From an uncultured candidatus Porisulfidus sp. (GTDB lineage: Bacteria; Pseudomonadota; Gammaproteobacteria; Poriferisulfidales; Poriferisulfidaceae): a DNA stretch of 64,000 bases. The notes beneath the pieces are model-generated. The model worked only from the letters and a program-made list of their open reading frames with translations, searched no databases and had not been told where the DNA came from. A program made the translations under genes and the position numbers. The DNA is taken from contig CBDASZ010000001.1 of the NCBI GenBank assembly GCA_965199755.1, forward strand, positions 800,001 through 864,000, read 5' to 3'. This document shows positions 9,561 through 18,543 of the stretch, in pieces (position 1 is the stretch's first letter; each line of letters starts with the position of its first letter).

Positions 9561-10675
9561 CGCGCAAGCTCTTTGTGCTGTCCATTTCAGCGCGCGCCTA
9601 CGCGCGTTTGGCCAAGCCTGTCTGGCAACTGGTCGTGATTGACGGCTATGCAGATGTGGATCTGCAGGCTGATGAGATAGTACAGGTGCCAGTAAAGGGC
9701 GGACAGTTCGATAGTGAGGCCGTCGTCGCGGTTGCGTCACGTGCCACACCGGAAGACTGGCTGATCTACGGTTCAGGGTTCGAGAAGCACCCGGAATTGC
9801 TAGATGAATTGACGCAGCACGTGCAGGTGCTGGGCAATTCAGCCGAAACGGTCGCCTTGTGTGCAGCCCCACCGCGCCTGAAAAACACACTCGATAAGAT
9901 CGGTGTGCGATGCCCTGAAATACAGTGCACACCGCCAGATTCCCCGGAAGGATGGCTGTGCAAGCGTAGCGGATGCAGCGGTGGCGCGCACGTGCGCGTG
10001 GCCGGACAGGAATCGGACGAGCCCGGGCAATACTGGCAGCGCCATATATCGGGCAACACGTATTCCGTACTGTTTTATGCCGCTGAAGGCGCGGTGAAAA
10101 TGCTTGGCACCGCCCATCTGCTGCCGCCAGACAAGGCCACCGGCACGTATGTCTGGACGGGTGCTGTAGCACCAGTATCTCTGGATGCTTCTGTAGAGGA
10201 GGAGTTGCAAGCGATGGTGCAGGCGCTGGCGCGCGAACTGGGATTGATTGGCATGTGCGGCCTTGATTTCATTATTGATGAGAATAATTCAGTTCACCTT
10301 ATTGATATAAACCCAAGATTAACTGCAACATGCCTGTTGCATCAGGGGCGTTTCGTCAGCAATTTGCTGGAAAAACACGCTGAAGTGTGCCGCAATGGCT
10401 CGATTGAAGACCTGGAACTTGAGAAAAATACAACGGACGGTGCAGTATATGGCTTGCGTGTGGTCTATACACCAGACCCCGTTTTTATCACGCCCGCAAT
10501 GGTGTGGCCATATTTCTGTACGGATCTGCCTGATGAAGGCAGCATTCTTGAACCCGGAGAACCGGTCTGCACAGTACACAGTAGGGCAGATGACAAGGCC
10601 GCCGTGGTCGCTGACCTGGAACAAAAACACGAAGAGGCACTGGAGAGACTCATCACTGCCTTTGATTTACAGTAA
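9545..10675 (+). CDS. ATP-grasp protein OrfY of the H4MPT cluster
   Basis: 'SARA', 'YGSGFE', 'K...SGG.HV', 'GLDFI', 'INPRL'; position between mtdB and mch. Confidence 0.8.
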   Translation: MRSGIARKLFVLSISARAYARLAKPVWQLVVIDGYADVDLQADEIVQVPVKGGQFDSEAVVAVASRATPEDWLIYGSGFEKHPELLDELTQHVQVLGNSAETVALCAAPPRLKNTLDKIGVRCPEIQCTPPDSPEGWLCKRSGCSGGAHVRVAGQESDEPGQYWQRHISGNTYSVLFYAAEGAVKMLGTAHLLPPDKATGTYVWTGAVAPVSLDASVEEELQAMVQALARELGLIGMCGLDFIIDENNSVHLIDINPRLTATCLLHQGRFVSNLLEKHAEVCRNGSIEDLELEKNTTDGAVYGLRVVYTPDPVFITPAMVWPYFCTDLPDEGSILEPGEPVCTVHSRADDKAAVVADLEQKHEEALERLITAFDLQ

Positions 10676-10705
10676 AATGGCAAGCCACTGCGTAGTGAAA
10701 CCGTC

Positions 10706-11689
10706 ATGCGCCATTCCATCAGTATTAATCAGCAGGCCGCCCCGTTGGTACGCAATCTGATTGCACGAGCCGATAATCTGCGTATTGACGTTAGTTGGGC
10801 CGAAGATGGGGTGTGCATCGTTGACGCTGGCATCAACGTTGTAGGCGGCATTGAAGCCGGCCGCCTGATCTCGGAAATTTGTATGGGCGGACTGGGGCAG
10901 TCCGCCTTAATTTATCAATCTTCCACGTCCTCACTGATCGGCATGGAAGCTTGGCCGCTCACAATTCACGTGCATACCCAGCATCCGGTGTATGCGTGTC
11001 TGGCCAGCCAGTATGCGGGCTGGAATCTGAACGATAAGGAAAGCGGCTTTTCTGCTCTGGGCTCAGGACCGGCACGCAGCATGGCACGCAAAGAGGAATT
11101 GTTCCAACAGATTGACTATGTGGACGAATACGCGGTCACCACACTGGTGATGGAAGTCGACAGAATTCCTCCTGCCGCCATCCGCGAAAAAATCTGCAAG
11201 GACTGCCAGGTCGAACCGCACAACCTCACCCTGATTATGACGCCCACGACCAGTCTCGCCGGAACGGTGCAAGTGGTTGGGCGTGTGCTGGAAGTGGCGC
11301 TACACAAAGCGCATGAGCTGGGTTTTGACTTGAACAAGGTGCTGGACGGAGTCGGCAGCGCACCGGTGCCGCCGATCATCAATTCGGATATGGTGCAGAT
11401 GATGGGCCGCACCAATGACGCCATTTTGTTTGGCGGGCAGATCAAGTTGTTTGTCGAAGCCACCGACGATGAGGCGGAACAGCTGGCCGTGCAGTTGCCG
11501 AGCAGCACCTCGGATGACTACGGCACACCATTCGCAGAGTTATTCAAGTCATACGATTGCGATTTCTTCAAAGTGGACCCCATGCTGTTTAGTCCGGCGA
11601 GGGTACTGGTGAATAACCTGACCACCGGCCACTCCTACGCTTCCGGGCACATCAACCACGAACTGATGCTCAAGTCCTTCACCGGATGA
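10706..11689 (+). CDS. mch: Methenyl-H4MPT cyclohydrolase
   Basis: 'ICMGGLG', 'ACLASQYAGW', 'GSGPAR', 'PTTSLAG.VQVV.R', 'MGRTNDAILFGG', 'FFKVDP.LFSPA'. Confidence 0.95.
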   Translation: MRHSISINQQAAPLVRNLIARADNLRIDVSWAEDGVCIVDAGINVVGGIEAGRLISEICMGGLGQSALIYQSSTSSLIGMEAWPLTIHVHTQHPVYACLASQYAGWNLNDKESGFSALGSGPARSMARKEELFQQIDYVDEYAVTTLVMEVDRIPPAAIREKICKDCQVEPHNLTLIMTPTTSLAGTVQVVGRVLEVALHKAHELGFDLNKVLDGVGSAPVPPIINSDMVQMMGRTNDAILFGGQIKLFVEATDDEAEQLAVQLPSSTSDDYGTPFAELFKSYDCDFFKVDPMLFSPARVLVNNLTTGHSYASGHINHELMLKSFTG

Positions 11690-12588
11690 ACATTCAGGGG
11701 CGTTATGCCATCGCCACTGATCAGGCGGGGTGGCATGGACGGCAGCTGCGTGATACGCTTACCCAGCGCGGCCTTCGTGCCGATTTTGTCAAACTTCAGG
11801 AGTGCCACCTGCAGATTGGCCCGAATCACGGGCGCGTCATTCTTCCAGGTTTTGAAGATGCCTTGCCGCGCGGCGTGTTCGTGCGCGGTGTCCCCGGCGG
11901 CAGTCTGGAAGAGGTGACCTTCTATCTCGATATCCTGCATGCGCTGGAGGCGCTGGGCGTCAGGGTCTATAACGATGCTGGCGCGATTGAGCGCAGCGTG
12001 GACAAGGCGCGGGCAAGTTTCCTGTTCGCGCATCATGGCATTCCCACGCCGCACACGGTGGTGGCTCGCAGCCTCGCGTATATGCGCGCCACACTGGAGC
12101 AATGGTTCGAGGAGCATCACTACGCTGTCATTAAGCCTGTCTTTGGCTCACAAGGGAAGGGGCTGATGCGCCTGTCGCGTGAGCAGACGCACCCGGATTA
12201 TGATTTGTGTCACGGTGTTTATTACATTCAGGAGTACATCGAATCCGCCAAGGAACATAGTCAGGACTGGCGCGTTCTGGTCATCAATGATGCGGCTGTG
12301 GCAGTCATGCGTCGTGAAGGCGTCGGCTGGATCAGCAATATTGCCAATGGCGGGCAAGGTTATCGAGATGAACTGAATCCTGAACTGACTGATCTGGCCG
12401 TACGCGCCACACGCGCCACGGACATGCCCTATGCCGGAGTCGATCTGATTCGAGATCGGCAAGGCCAGTTGTGGGTGACCGAGGTCAACAGCATTCCCGC
12501 CTGGCGCGGTCTGCAGGAAGTCAGTGACGCGCATATCGCGAGTTTGCTGGTTGATGGTTTTCTGCAGCACTGTGAGCAACTGAGTTAG
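11686..12588 (+). CDS. RimK/MptN-like ATP-grasp ligase (Orf5 of the H4MPT cluster)
   Basis: 'VRGVPGGSLEEVTFYLDILHAL', 'KPVFGSQGKG', 'DWRVLV', 'EVNSIPAW.GL'. Confidence 0.87.
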   Translation: MNIQGRYAIATDQAGWHGRQLRDTLTQRGLRADFVKLQECHLQIGPNHGRVILPGFEDALPRGVFVRGVPGGSLEEVTFYLDILHALEALGVRVYNDAGAIERSVDKARASFLFAHHGIPTPHTVVARSLAYMRATLEQWFEEHHYAVIKPVFGSQGKGLMRLSREQTHPDYDLCHGVYYIQEYIESAKEHSQDWRVLVINDAAVAVMRREGVGWISNIANGGQGYRDELNPELTDLAVRATRATDMPYAGVDLIRDRQGQLWVTEVNSIPAWRGLQEVSDAHIASLLVDGFLQHCEQLS

Positions 12589-12593
12589 GACTA

Positions 12594-13508
12594 GTGTTGC
12601 GCTATTTGCGAGCGTACTATGACGAGAGCTGGCGCTTCAGCTCCCGCCAGTTCCTATACGCCTGCCTGCTGGATGTGCAATCAATCAAGCCCGGCAATGT
12701 CGGGCTGCATGGGGAAGGGCACGGCAAAACTTGCCGAGACTACCGGCAAAGCGCCAGCGCCGCCGCAGAGTTAATCAGCCGACCGAGCTGGCGAGTAGGG
12801 CGGCGCATTTGGCGTGCCGCGCGTGCCACGCATGCTGTGGTCGGCTGCAATACCAATCTGGGCGTACTGTTGTTGAGTGCGCCATTGATCGGAGCCTATT
12901 ATCGAGAGTCGCCAGGATCCCTGCACGCATGCGTGGAGCAAGAACTGTCGGAATTGAATGTGGATGATGCTCGTGATGTCTACAAGGCCATTCGCCTGAT
13001 GCGCCCAGCGGGGCTGGGGCAAGTGGACAATGCCGATATTGAGCAGTCTCCTGATATCGGGTTGCGCGAAGCGATGACGCTGGCCGCATCGCGGGATTCG
13101 ATCGCGGCGCAGTACCGGGACGGCTTCGCCACGGTGTTCGAGCAGGCCCGTCCGATTTGGGAGACTTTGTCGCAGCGCTGGCACGATGCGCGCTGGGCAA
13201 TGAGCGGGACTTTTATGCACGTGCTGGGGCAACTCCCGGACTCGCATATCGCCCGTGTGCACGGTGCAGACATGGCGCGCTTAGTTAGTGATAAAATAAA
13301 GAGGCTGTCCGAAGAATTTTGTGATGCGCAAGCGCCACAGATTTTCCGGCAGCGGCTCCTGGAACTGGATGCTTCATGGAAAAGCACCGGGATCAGCCCG
13401 GGGAGCACGGCTGACTTAACCCTAGCCGGGGTATTGGCCGCGCGACTCGACGGGTGGAGTGACGGCAGTGATACGGAAGTTCTGCCAATGGGAGATGATT
13501 CCCACTGA
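12594..13508 (+). CDS. CitG-like triphosphoribosyl-dephospho-CoA synthase family protein (Orf7 of the H4MPT cluster)
   Basis: 'KPGNV', 'NTNLG', 'DSHIAR', 'SPGSTADL'. Confidence 0.85.
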   Translation: MLRYLRAYYDESWRFSSRQFLYACLLDVQSIKPGNVGLHGEGHGKTCRDYRQSASAAAELISRPSWRVGRRIWRAARATHAVVGCNTNLGVLLLSAPLIGAYYRESPGSLHACVEQELSELNVDDARDVYKAIRLMRPAGLGQVDNADIEQSPDIGLREAMTLAASRDSIAAQYRDGFATVFEQARPIWETLSQRWHDARWAMSGTFMHVLGQLPDSHIARVHGADMARLVSDKIKRLSEEFCDAQAPQIFRQRLLELDASWKSTGISPGSTADLTLAGVLAARLDGWSDGSDTEVLPMGDDSH

Positions 13509-13573
13509 ATCGGGGGCATCGGTTTGATGGCCCCGCTGTTTGCAAACACAATCTGAATTGGAGTTTTTCAATA

Positions 13574-14098
13574 ATGGCAATCGATAAAGTAATGGTCGGC
13601 GAGGCTTTAGTCAACGACAACGATCCTTCGGGAACGATGGCTGAAATCGCCCACATTGACCTGCTGATCGGCCCGCGTGGTTCCGCTGCTGAAACAGCGT
13701 TCTGCAATGGTTTGGTCAACAACAAAGACGGTTTTACAACCCTGCTCGCAGTGGTTGGGCCAAACCTGCCCTGCAAACCGGACACCATGATGTACAACAA
13801 GGTCACCATCAAAGGTGCCAAACAAGCTGTACAAATGTTCGGTCCGGCGCAGAAAGCCGTCGCTATGGCTGTCGCGGATTCCGTTGAAGCTGGCGTGATT
13901 CCCAAAGATGAGTGCAACAACCTCTACATCTGTGTAGGCGTGTTCATTCACTGGGATGCTGACAGCGATGCGGCAATCTACGAAAACAACTACAAGGCAA
14001 CCAAGATGGCAATCGCTAACGCCGTCAACGGCACGCCGAATGTTGATGACGTACTGGCCGCCAAGGACAGCACCGACCATCCGTTCCAGGGCTTCTAA
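13574..14098 (+). CDS. fae: Formaldehyde-activating enzyme
   Basis: 'VGEALV', '[13 protein letters not shown]', 'NKVTIK', 'QMFGPAQ', 'VGVFIHW', 'NYKATK'; GGAG RBS. Confidence 0.96.
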   Translation: MAIDKVMVGEALVNDNDPSGTMAEIAHIDLLIGPRGSAAETAFCNGLVNNKDGFTTLLAVVGPNLPCKPDTMMYNKVTIKGAKQAVQMFGPAQKAVAMAVADSVEAGVIPKDECNNLYICVGVFIHWDADSDAAIYENNYKATKMAIANAVNGTPNVDDVLAAKDSTDHPFQGF

Positions 14099-14118
14099 AA
14101 ATCCCACACACGGAAAAG

Positions 14119-14147
14119 AAAGCGCCGCACCATGCGGCGCTTTTTTT
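14119..14147 (+). terminator. Rho-independent terminator of fae
   Basis: Stem aaagcgccgca-cca-tgcggcgcttt running into a T7 tract, 20 nt after the fae stop. Confidence 0.88.
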
Positions 14148-14191
14148 ATGCTCTGTACAATGAACCTATCTAATCAACGGTATTCTCACTG

Positions 14192-15418
14192 ATGAAATGC
14201 CCTGAATGTGGCATGGAGCCTAATGCGCTGGCCGCGACGCAACTGGATGCAACGCATATGCTGCGCTGCTGCGGGCTGACACTGCAGGAATATGCCTTGC
14301 GGCATGGCGCGCCGCTGGAGTCGGTGGTGCCTGCAGAGCTTTGCGACCGCGAAGAGAGCATTGAGGAGTGGTCGGCGAATGCTGCCACATCTGATCGGCA
14401 AGGCCAGCTCACCTATGCCGCGCTTCATTGCGCAGGGCTGGTTGAGACTATCGAGCAGTGGGAATTGATTCCAGGACAGATTCGCACTTTGGATACGCTG
14501 CTGTGGCTGCGTGACCGCCTGCAGTCACTGGGGTTTGCATACCGTCAGGAGTACACAGCCACAGGCGGCAGCCACCGTATGGCCGCGCGCAATCATCTCA
14601 AGCGTCCTCGCACGAATACGCCGGTACTTCCCTTTGCGGAGCTTTCTGAAGCTGAGCGTCGCGAGTATGCCGCAATCTTTCTGACGGGCGCCGCGCTGCG
14701 CCGCGATGACTATGTGTTTCTGCGCGCACCGACCAGTGCGGATCAGGAGATGCTGATCGCTTGGCTCAAAGAGGCGATGCAGATTGAATTCAAGACACTG
14801 GAGGGCGAAAAGCAGCAATGCTTTGTGCGCACCCATGCTGCGAATGACACGCGCCGTCTGATTGAAGGCTTGCTGCCGCAGTTGCGTCAGATCCCGCATC
14901 AAGAAGCGCGTCTGTACGCCGAAGGCGTGAAGGCCACCATTGTCAAGGAGCAGGGGATTGACGCGGCGCATTTCATCACCGATCATCCGGGAGCGTGCGC
15001 GAATCTGCACGGCGGGCATTACGCGGTGCGCTTCAAGATTCACGACCGCATTGATCCGACCACCGGGTTTGTCATGGACTACGCGGACCTCAAGCAACTC
15101 GTCGGGCAGCGCATCATCGACGTGCTGGATCACCACACCCTGAACTACGCCGCATCGGAATTGACATGGCGCTCCAGCACGGAATTTCTGGCCATCTGGA
15201 TGTGGGAGCAACTGATTGACTATCTGCCATCCTTGCGCGAACTGGAAATTCACGAAACGAAAAGTTCCTATTGCCAATATCAAGGCCCGACACTGGAAGA
15301 ATATTTGCAGAACGGGCCGCACGCGGTGGTGCGGCATTTTCAGGATCCGGCGCTTGGCCGGGAACGCCAGAACTCAGGAGGCCGTCCCGCCTTGCGCGTG
15401 GTCAGCGTGTCAGACTAG
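14192..15418 (+). CDS. Multidomain protein: N-terminal Zn-finger, putative degenerate LAGLIDADG-like region, C-terminal QueD/6-pyruvoyl-tetrahydropterin synthase domain
   Basis: aa ~247-367 match QueD/PTPS ('DAAH..', 'C..LHG', 'TGFVMDY..LK', 'LDH..LN', 'STE.LA.W.W', 'ET..S.C.Y.G'); N-terminus 'CPECG...THM..CGLT..EY..RH'; the middle-domain call is by eye only. Confidence 0.7.
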   Translation: MKCPECGMEPNALAATQLDATHMLRCCGLTLQEYALRHGAPLESVVPAELCDREESIEEWSANAATSDRQGQLTYAALHCAGLVETIEQWELIPGQIRTLDTLLWLRDRLQSLGFAYRQEYTATGGSHRMAARNHLKRPRTNTPVLPFAELSEAERREYAAIFLTGAALRRDDYVFLRAPTSADQEMLIAWLKEAMQIEFKTLEGEKQQCFVRTHAANDTRRLIEGLLPQLRQIPHQEARLYAEGVKATIVKEQGIDAAHFITDHPGACANLHGGHYAVRFKIHDRIDPTTGFVMDYADLKQLVGQRIIDVLDHHTLNYAASELTWRSSTEFLAIWMWEQLIDYLPSLRELEIHETKSSYCQYQGPTLEEYLQNGPHAVVRHFQDPALGRERQNSGGRPALRVVSVSD

Positions 15419-15428
15419 AGAGTCTCAC

Positions 15429-15869
15429 ATGGACGTGCGTGTCGTCACCGACGCTTTTAATCCCTGGGAAGAGCTTCGCCAGTTTCAGGCACGTCATCCT
15501 GATTTGAGCAAAGGGTGCGGTGCCATGAATGTGTTCGTCGGCACCATGCGTGATCATAACGAGGGTGATGCCGTGCGCGCGATGAACCTGCAGCACTACC
15601 CGGAAATGACCGAGCCTTGTTTGCAGGAGATTGCCGAGCAGGCTCGCTCAGCGCATGGTCTCAAGGAAGTACTGCTACTCCACCGTGTCGGAGATTTGCA
15701 TCCGGGGGATGACATTGTTTTAGTCGCAGTGTGGGCGGGACACCGCAAAGCGGTCTATGCTGGCAATCGCGAGATCATGGAGGCGCTGAAGTCTACAGCG
15801 CCGTTTTGGAAGCAGGAAGAACTTCTCGACGGCAACACACGCTGGGTCGAACGTAATACTGAAGCCTGA
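15429..15869 (+). CDS. moaE: Molybdopterin synthase catalytic subunit
   Basis: 'GA...FVGTMR', 'HYPEMT', 'HRVG.L', 'LKSTAPFWKQE'; ATG at 15429. Confidence 0.92.
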   Translation: MDVRVVTDAFNPWEELRQFQARHPDLSKGCGAMNVFVGTMRDHNEGDAVRAMNLQHYPEMTEPCLQEIAEQARSAHGLKEVLLLHRVGDLHPGDDIVLVAVWAGHRKAVYAGNREIMEALKSTAPFWKQEELLDGNTRWVERNTEA

Positions 15870-15871
15870 GA

Positions 15872-17134
15872 TCAGAGGATACTGTCGAAGGGGATGACGT
15901 CCACGAGCTCCCCGCTATCGACCTGGCCTTGTTCCAAAGGTAGCACGATAAAGCAATTCGCCTGACTCATGGAGGTCAGAATACCCGAACCCTGCATGCC
16001 AGTGCGTGCGACCGTGTAGTCGCCTTGTTCGTCTCGGCTGAGTATGCCTCGCTGGCACTCAACGCGCCCGGCGCGCTTGCGCAAGGGAGTCGCTGTCGGA
16101 ACCTTGAGGCACAAGGGCGGGGCATCTTCCGCACCGGAAAGACGCAACAGAGCAGGGCGCACGAACTGATAAAAGGTCACCATCACCGAGACCGGATTGC
16201 CAGGCAGGCCGAAGAACAGAGTCTCGCCAAGGCGGCCAAAGGCCAACGGACGTCCGGGTTTGATCGCCACCTTCCAGAAATCCACCTCACCTGTTTCTGT
16301 GAGCACTTCCTTGACGTAATCGGCTTCGCCCACCGACACGCCGCCTGAAGTAATCACCATGTCCGCCTGTTTGGCGGCCTCCTCAAACGCACGAACCACG
16401 GCATCCCGGTTATCGCGAATCACTCCCATATCCACCGGCACGACATGCAACCGGCGCAGCATCGCATCAAGCGTGTAACGGTTGCTGTTGTAGATACAGC
16501 CTTCGTCCAGTTCCTCACCGACATCGCGCAACTCATCTCCGGTGGAGAAAAACGCCACTCGAATGCGCCGCAATACCGGGATCTCGCCAATTCCAATGGA
16601 GGCGAGCAGACCTATATCCGCAGGAAGCAATCGGCGTCCCGGCGATAGCACCACGCTGCCGGCGGCAATGTCTTCTCCCGCCGCGCGAACATTTTGGCCA
16701 GGTTTCTCATCTGACGAAACCTCCACCGTATCGTCATTAACCACACGGACTCGCTCCTGAATTACCACGGTGTCGGTTCCCCGCGGGATTAATCCGCCAG
16801 TCATAATGCGGACGCATTCACGCTCTCCGACGGTGCCGTCATACGGTTGTCCGGCGAAGACGGTACCGATCAGGCGAAATGCAGCGGTGTCCTCTTGCGG
16901 CAAGTCCCCGCCGCGCACTGCATATCCGTCCATTGCGGAATTGGCATGACCGGGCACATCCAGTGTGGAGCGAATGTCAACTGCCAGTACGCGATCCAAT
17001 GCTTCCAGCAAGGGCACCGTCTCCACTTCTGTGACTGGTTGTACAGCTGGGCGTATTCGCGCCAGCGCATCATCCGGCAAGATCGACTGCACATCGAAGT
17101 CATCCATGCAACTGGGATCCATGGCGCGTGTCAT
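15872..17134 (-). CDS. moeA: Molybdopterin molybdotransferase
   Basis: 'NSAMDGYA', 'RIMTG', 'FSTGDEL', 'SGGVSVG..D', 'KPGRP', 'LPGNPVS'. Confidence 0.95.
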   Translation of the reverse strand: MTRAMDPSCMDDFDVQSILPDDALARIRPAVQPVTEVETVPLLEALDRVLAVDIRSTLDVPGHANSAMDGYAVRGGDLPQEDTAAFRLIGTVFAGQPYDGTVGERECVRIMTGGLIPRGTDTVVIQERVRVVNDDTVEVSSDEKPGQNVRAAGEDIAAGSVVLSPGRRLLPADIGLLASIGIGEIPVLRRIRVAFFSTGDELRDVGEELDEGCIYNSNRYTLDAMLRRLHVVPVDMGVIRDNRDAVVRAFEEAAKQADMVITSGGVSVGEADYVKEVLTETGEVDFWKVAIKPGRPLAFGRLGETLFFGLPGNPVSVMVTFYQFVRPALLRLSGAEDAPPLCLKVPTATPLRKRAGRVECQRGILSRDEQGDYTVARTGMQGSGILTSMSQANCFIVLPLEQGQVDSGELVDVIPFDSIL

Positions 17135-17661
17135 AACCGGCCCTTGCGCAGCAGCACATTGACGGCTCCGGTATTTCCCGGGGCACTATGAAATCCCAGA
17201 ACTTCTGGGTGCAGCCTCAAGACGCTGTCAGTCACGCCCTTGGCGAGAGATCCCTCTGGCCCGGAACGCAAGCCCTTGCCATGAATCACGCACAGCGCGG
17301 TTTGCTGGCGGCTTTGGGTCTGGGCGATGGCCTGATGAATGTATTCGGCGGCCTGCTCGGGCTTAAGACCATGCAGGTCGTATTCTTGCGGCGCGGGTTT
17401 CAGCCGCCCGGTGCGTAGCGCCTGATATTGGCGATCCAGCAGGCCCGGACGTCGCCAATCCAGAATGGCAGAACCGGGGATCGGCTCGTAGCGCAGGGAA
17501 GGAATAGGGGCGATGTCCACGGAAGTGTCATCCTTGCGCTGCGCTGGAGCAGATGGGGCAGTGCCGGCACGTGCGGATTTGGAGCGCTTTCCAAGCGGTG
17601 CGACGTCACGCATCTGCTCGTGCATAAATTCCAGATCGTCGTCAGTGGAACCCGTCATCAT
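17131..17661 (-). CDS. Smr/MutS family endonuclease
   Basis: 'DLHGL', 'VIHGKG', 'GAVNVLL'. Confidence 0.88.
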   Translation of the reverse strand: MMTGSTDDDLEFMHEQMRDVAPLGKRSKSARAGTAPSAPAQRKDDTSVDIAPIPSLRYEPIPGSAILDWRRPGLLDRQYQALRTGRLKPAPQEYDLHGLKPEQAAEYIHQAIAQTQSRQQTALCVIHGKGLRSGPEGSLAKGVTDSVLRLHPEVLGFHSAPGNTGAVNVLLRKGRL

Positions 17662-17787
17662 CCCGTACCGTGTGTTGTTGAGAACTCGCTCCTGCCTTCG
17701 GCTTGTAAAATGCCGCAGCCGGCGGCAGGTGCGGATGTCATCGGCATTTTAAGGGAAAGCCCGCTATTGACAGTCAGCAGAACACAC

Positions 17788-18543
17788 ATGCATTTGCTTT
17801 TGAGTAATGATGATGGCTATCAGGCACCCGGTCTGAAATGCCTTGCGGAGCATATAGCTGCCCTGGCGGATATTTCCGTGATCGCGCCTTCCCGCGACCG
17901 CAGCGGCGCGAGCAATTCGCTGACGCTAGATCGCCATCTCCACGTGCATCAAGTGGCAGAGAATTTCTACTATGTGGATGAAGGAACGCCGACGGATTGT
18001 GTGCACCTGGGCATCACCGGATTTCTGGACTCAGAGCCGGACATGGTGGTCTCGGGCATCAACTGTGGTGCCAATCTGGGCGATGCAGTACTGTACTCCG
18101 GCACTGTCGCGGCAGCGATGGAAGGGCGCACACTCGGACATCCGGCAGTGGCGGTCTCAATGACCTCGCCGGCTCCCAGACACTACGAGACCGGTGCACA
18201 AATTGCCTGCCAACTGGTACGGCAGTTAACGCAGCACATGCTGGACCCGGAGATCATCCTGAACGTCAATGTTCCGGATTGCCCCATGGAAGAGCTGCGT
18301 GGCATGCAGGTCACGCGACTGGGAGATCGCCACCGAGCCTGTCCGGCGATTCGACTGGAGGGAGAGAATGGTGAAGAGACCTGGCAGGTCGGCCCTCCCG
18401 GTGCCGATCGGGACAGCGGTGAGGGAACGGACTTCTACGCAGTCCGTGCCGGCTATGTCTCGGTCACGCCATTACAAATTGATCTGACGCGGCATCACTC
18501 TCTGGCCTTCATGCGTGAATGGCTGCAGCAGGTGCAGTTGTGA
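17788..18543 (+). CDS. surE: 5'/3'-nucleotidase SurE
   Basis: 'LLSNDDG', 'SGASNSLT', 'GTPTDCV', 'SGIN.GANLG', 'YSGTVAAAMEG'; true start ATG 17788. Confidence 0.95.
   Translation: MHLLLSNDDGYQAPGLKCLAEHIAALADISVIAPSRDRSGASNSLTLDRHLHVHQVAENFYYVDEGTPTDCVHLGITGFLDSEPDMVVSGINCGANLGDAVLYSGTVAAAMEGRTLGHPAVAVSMTSPAPRHYETGAQIACQLVRQLTQHMLDPEIILNVNVPDCPMEELRGMQVTRLGDRHRACPAIRLEGENGEETWQVGPPGADRDSGEGTDFYAVRAGYVSVTPLQIDLTRHHSLAFMREWLQQVQL

Noticed and set aside
14192-14930. Intein or active homing endonuclease in the QueD-like gene
   Set aside because: No intein splice motifs (C-terminal HN followed by C/S/T), the QueD domain is not split, and catalytic acidic residues are missing.
17706-17751. 10-bp inverted repeat TAAAATGCCG...CGGCATTTTA between smr and surE
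   Set aside because: More simply explained as the -10 boxes (TAAAAT plus GC-rich discriminator) of two face-to-face promoters; a similar TATAAT pair occurs near 20924-20968.
17428-17787. N-terminal extension of SurE in the ORF track (likewise for MoaE, InfA, FabF, AcnA, PurB, NudJ, NlpD and MltG)
   Set aside because: Longest-ORF artefacts, mostly overlapping neighbouring genes; family homology starts at downstream ATGs, so these are not fusions.
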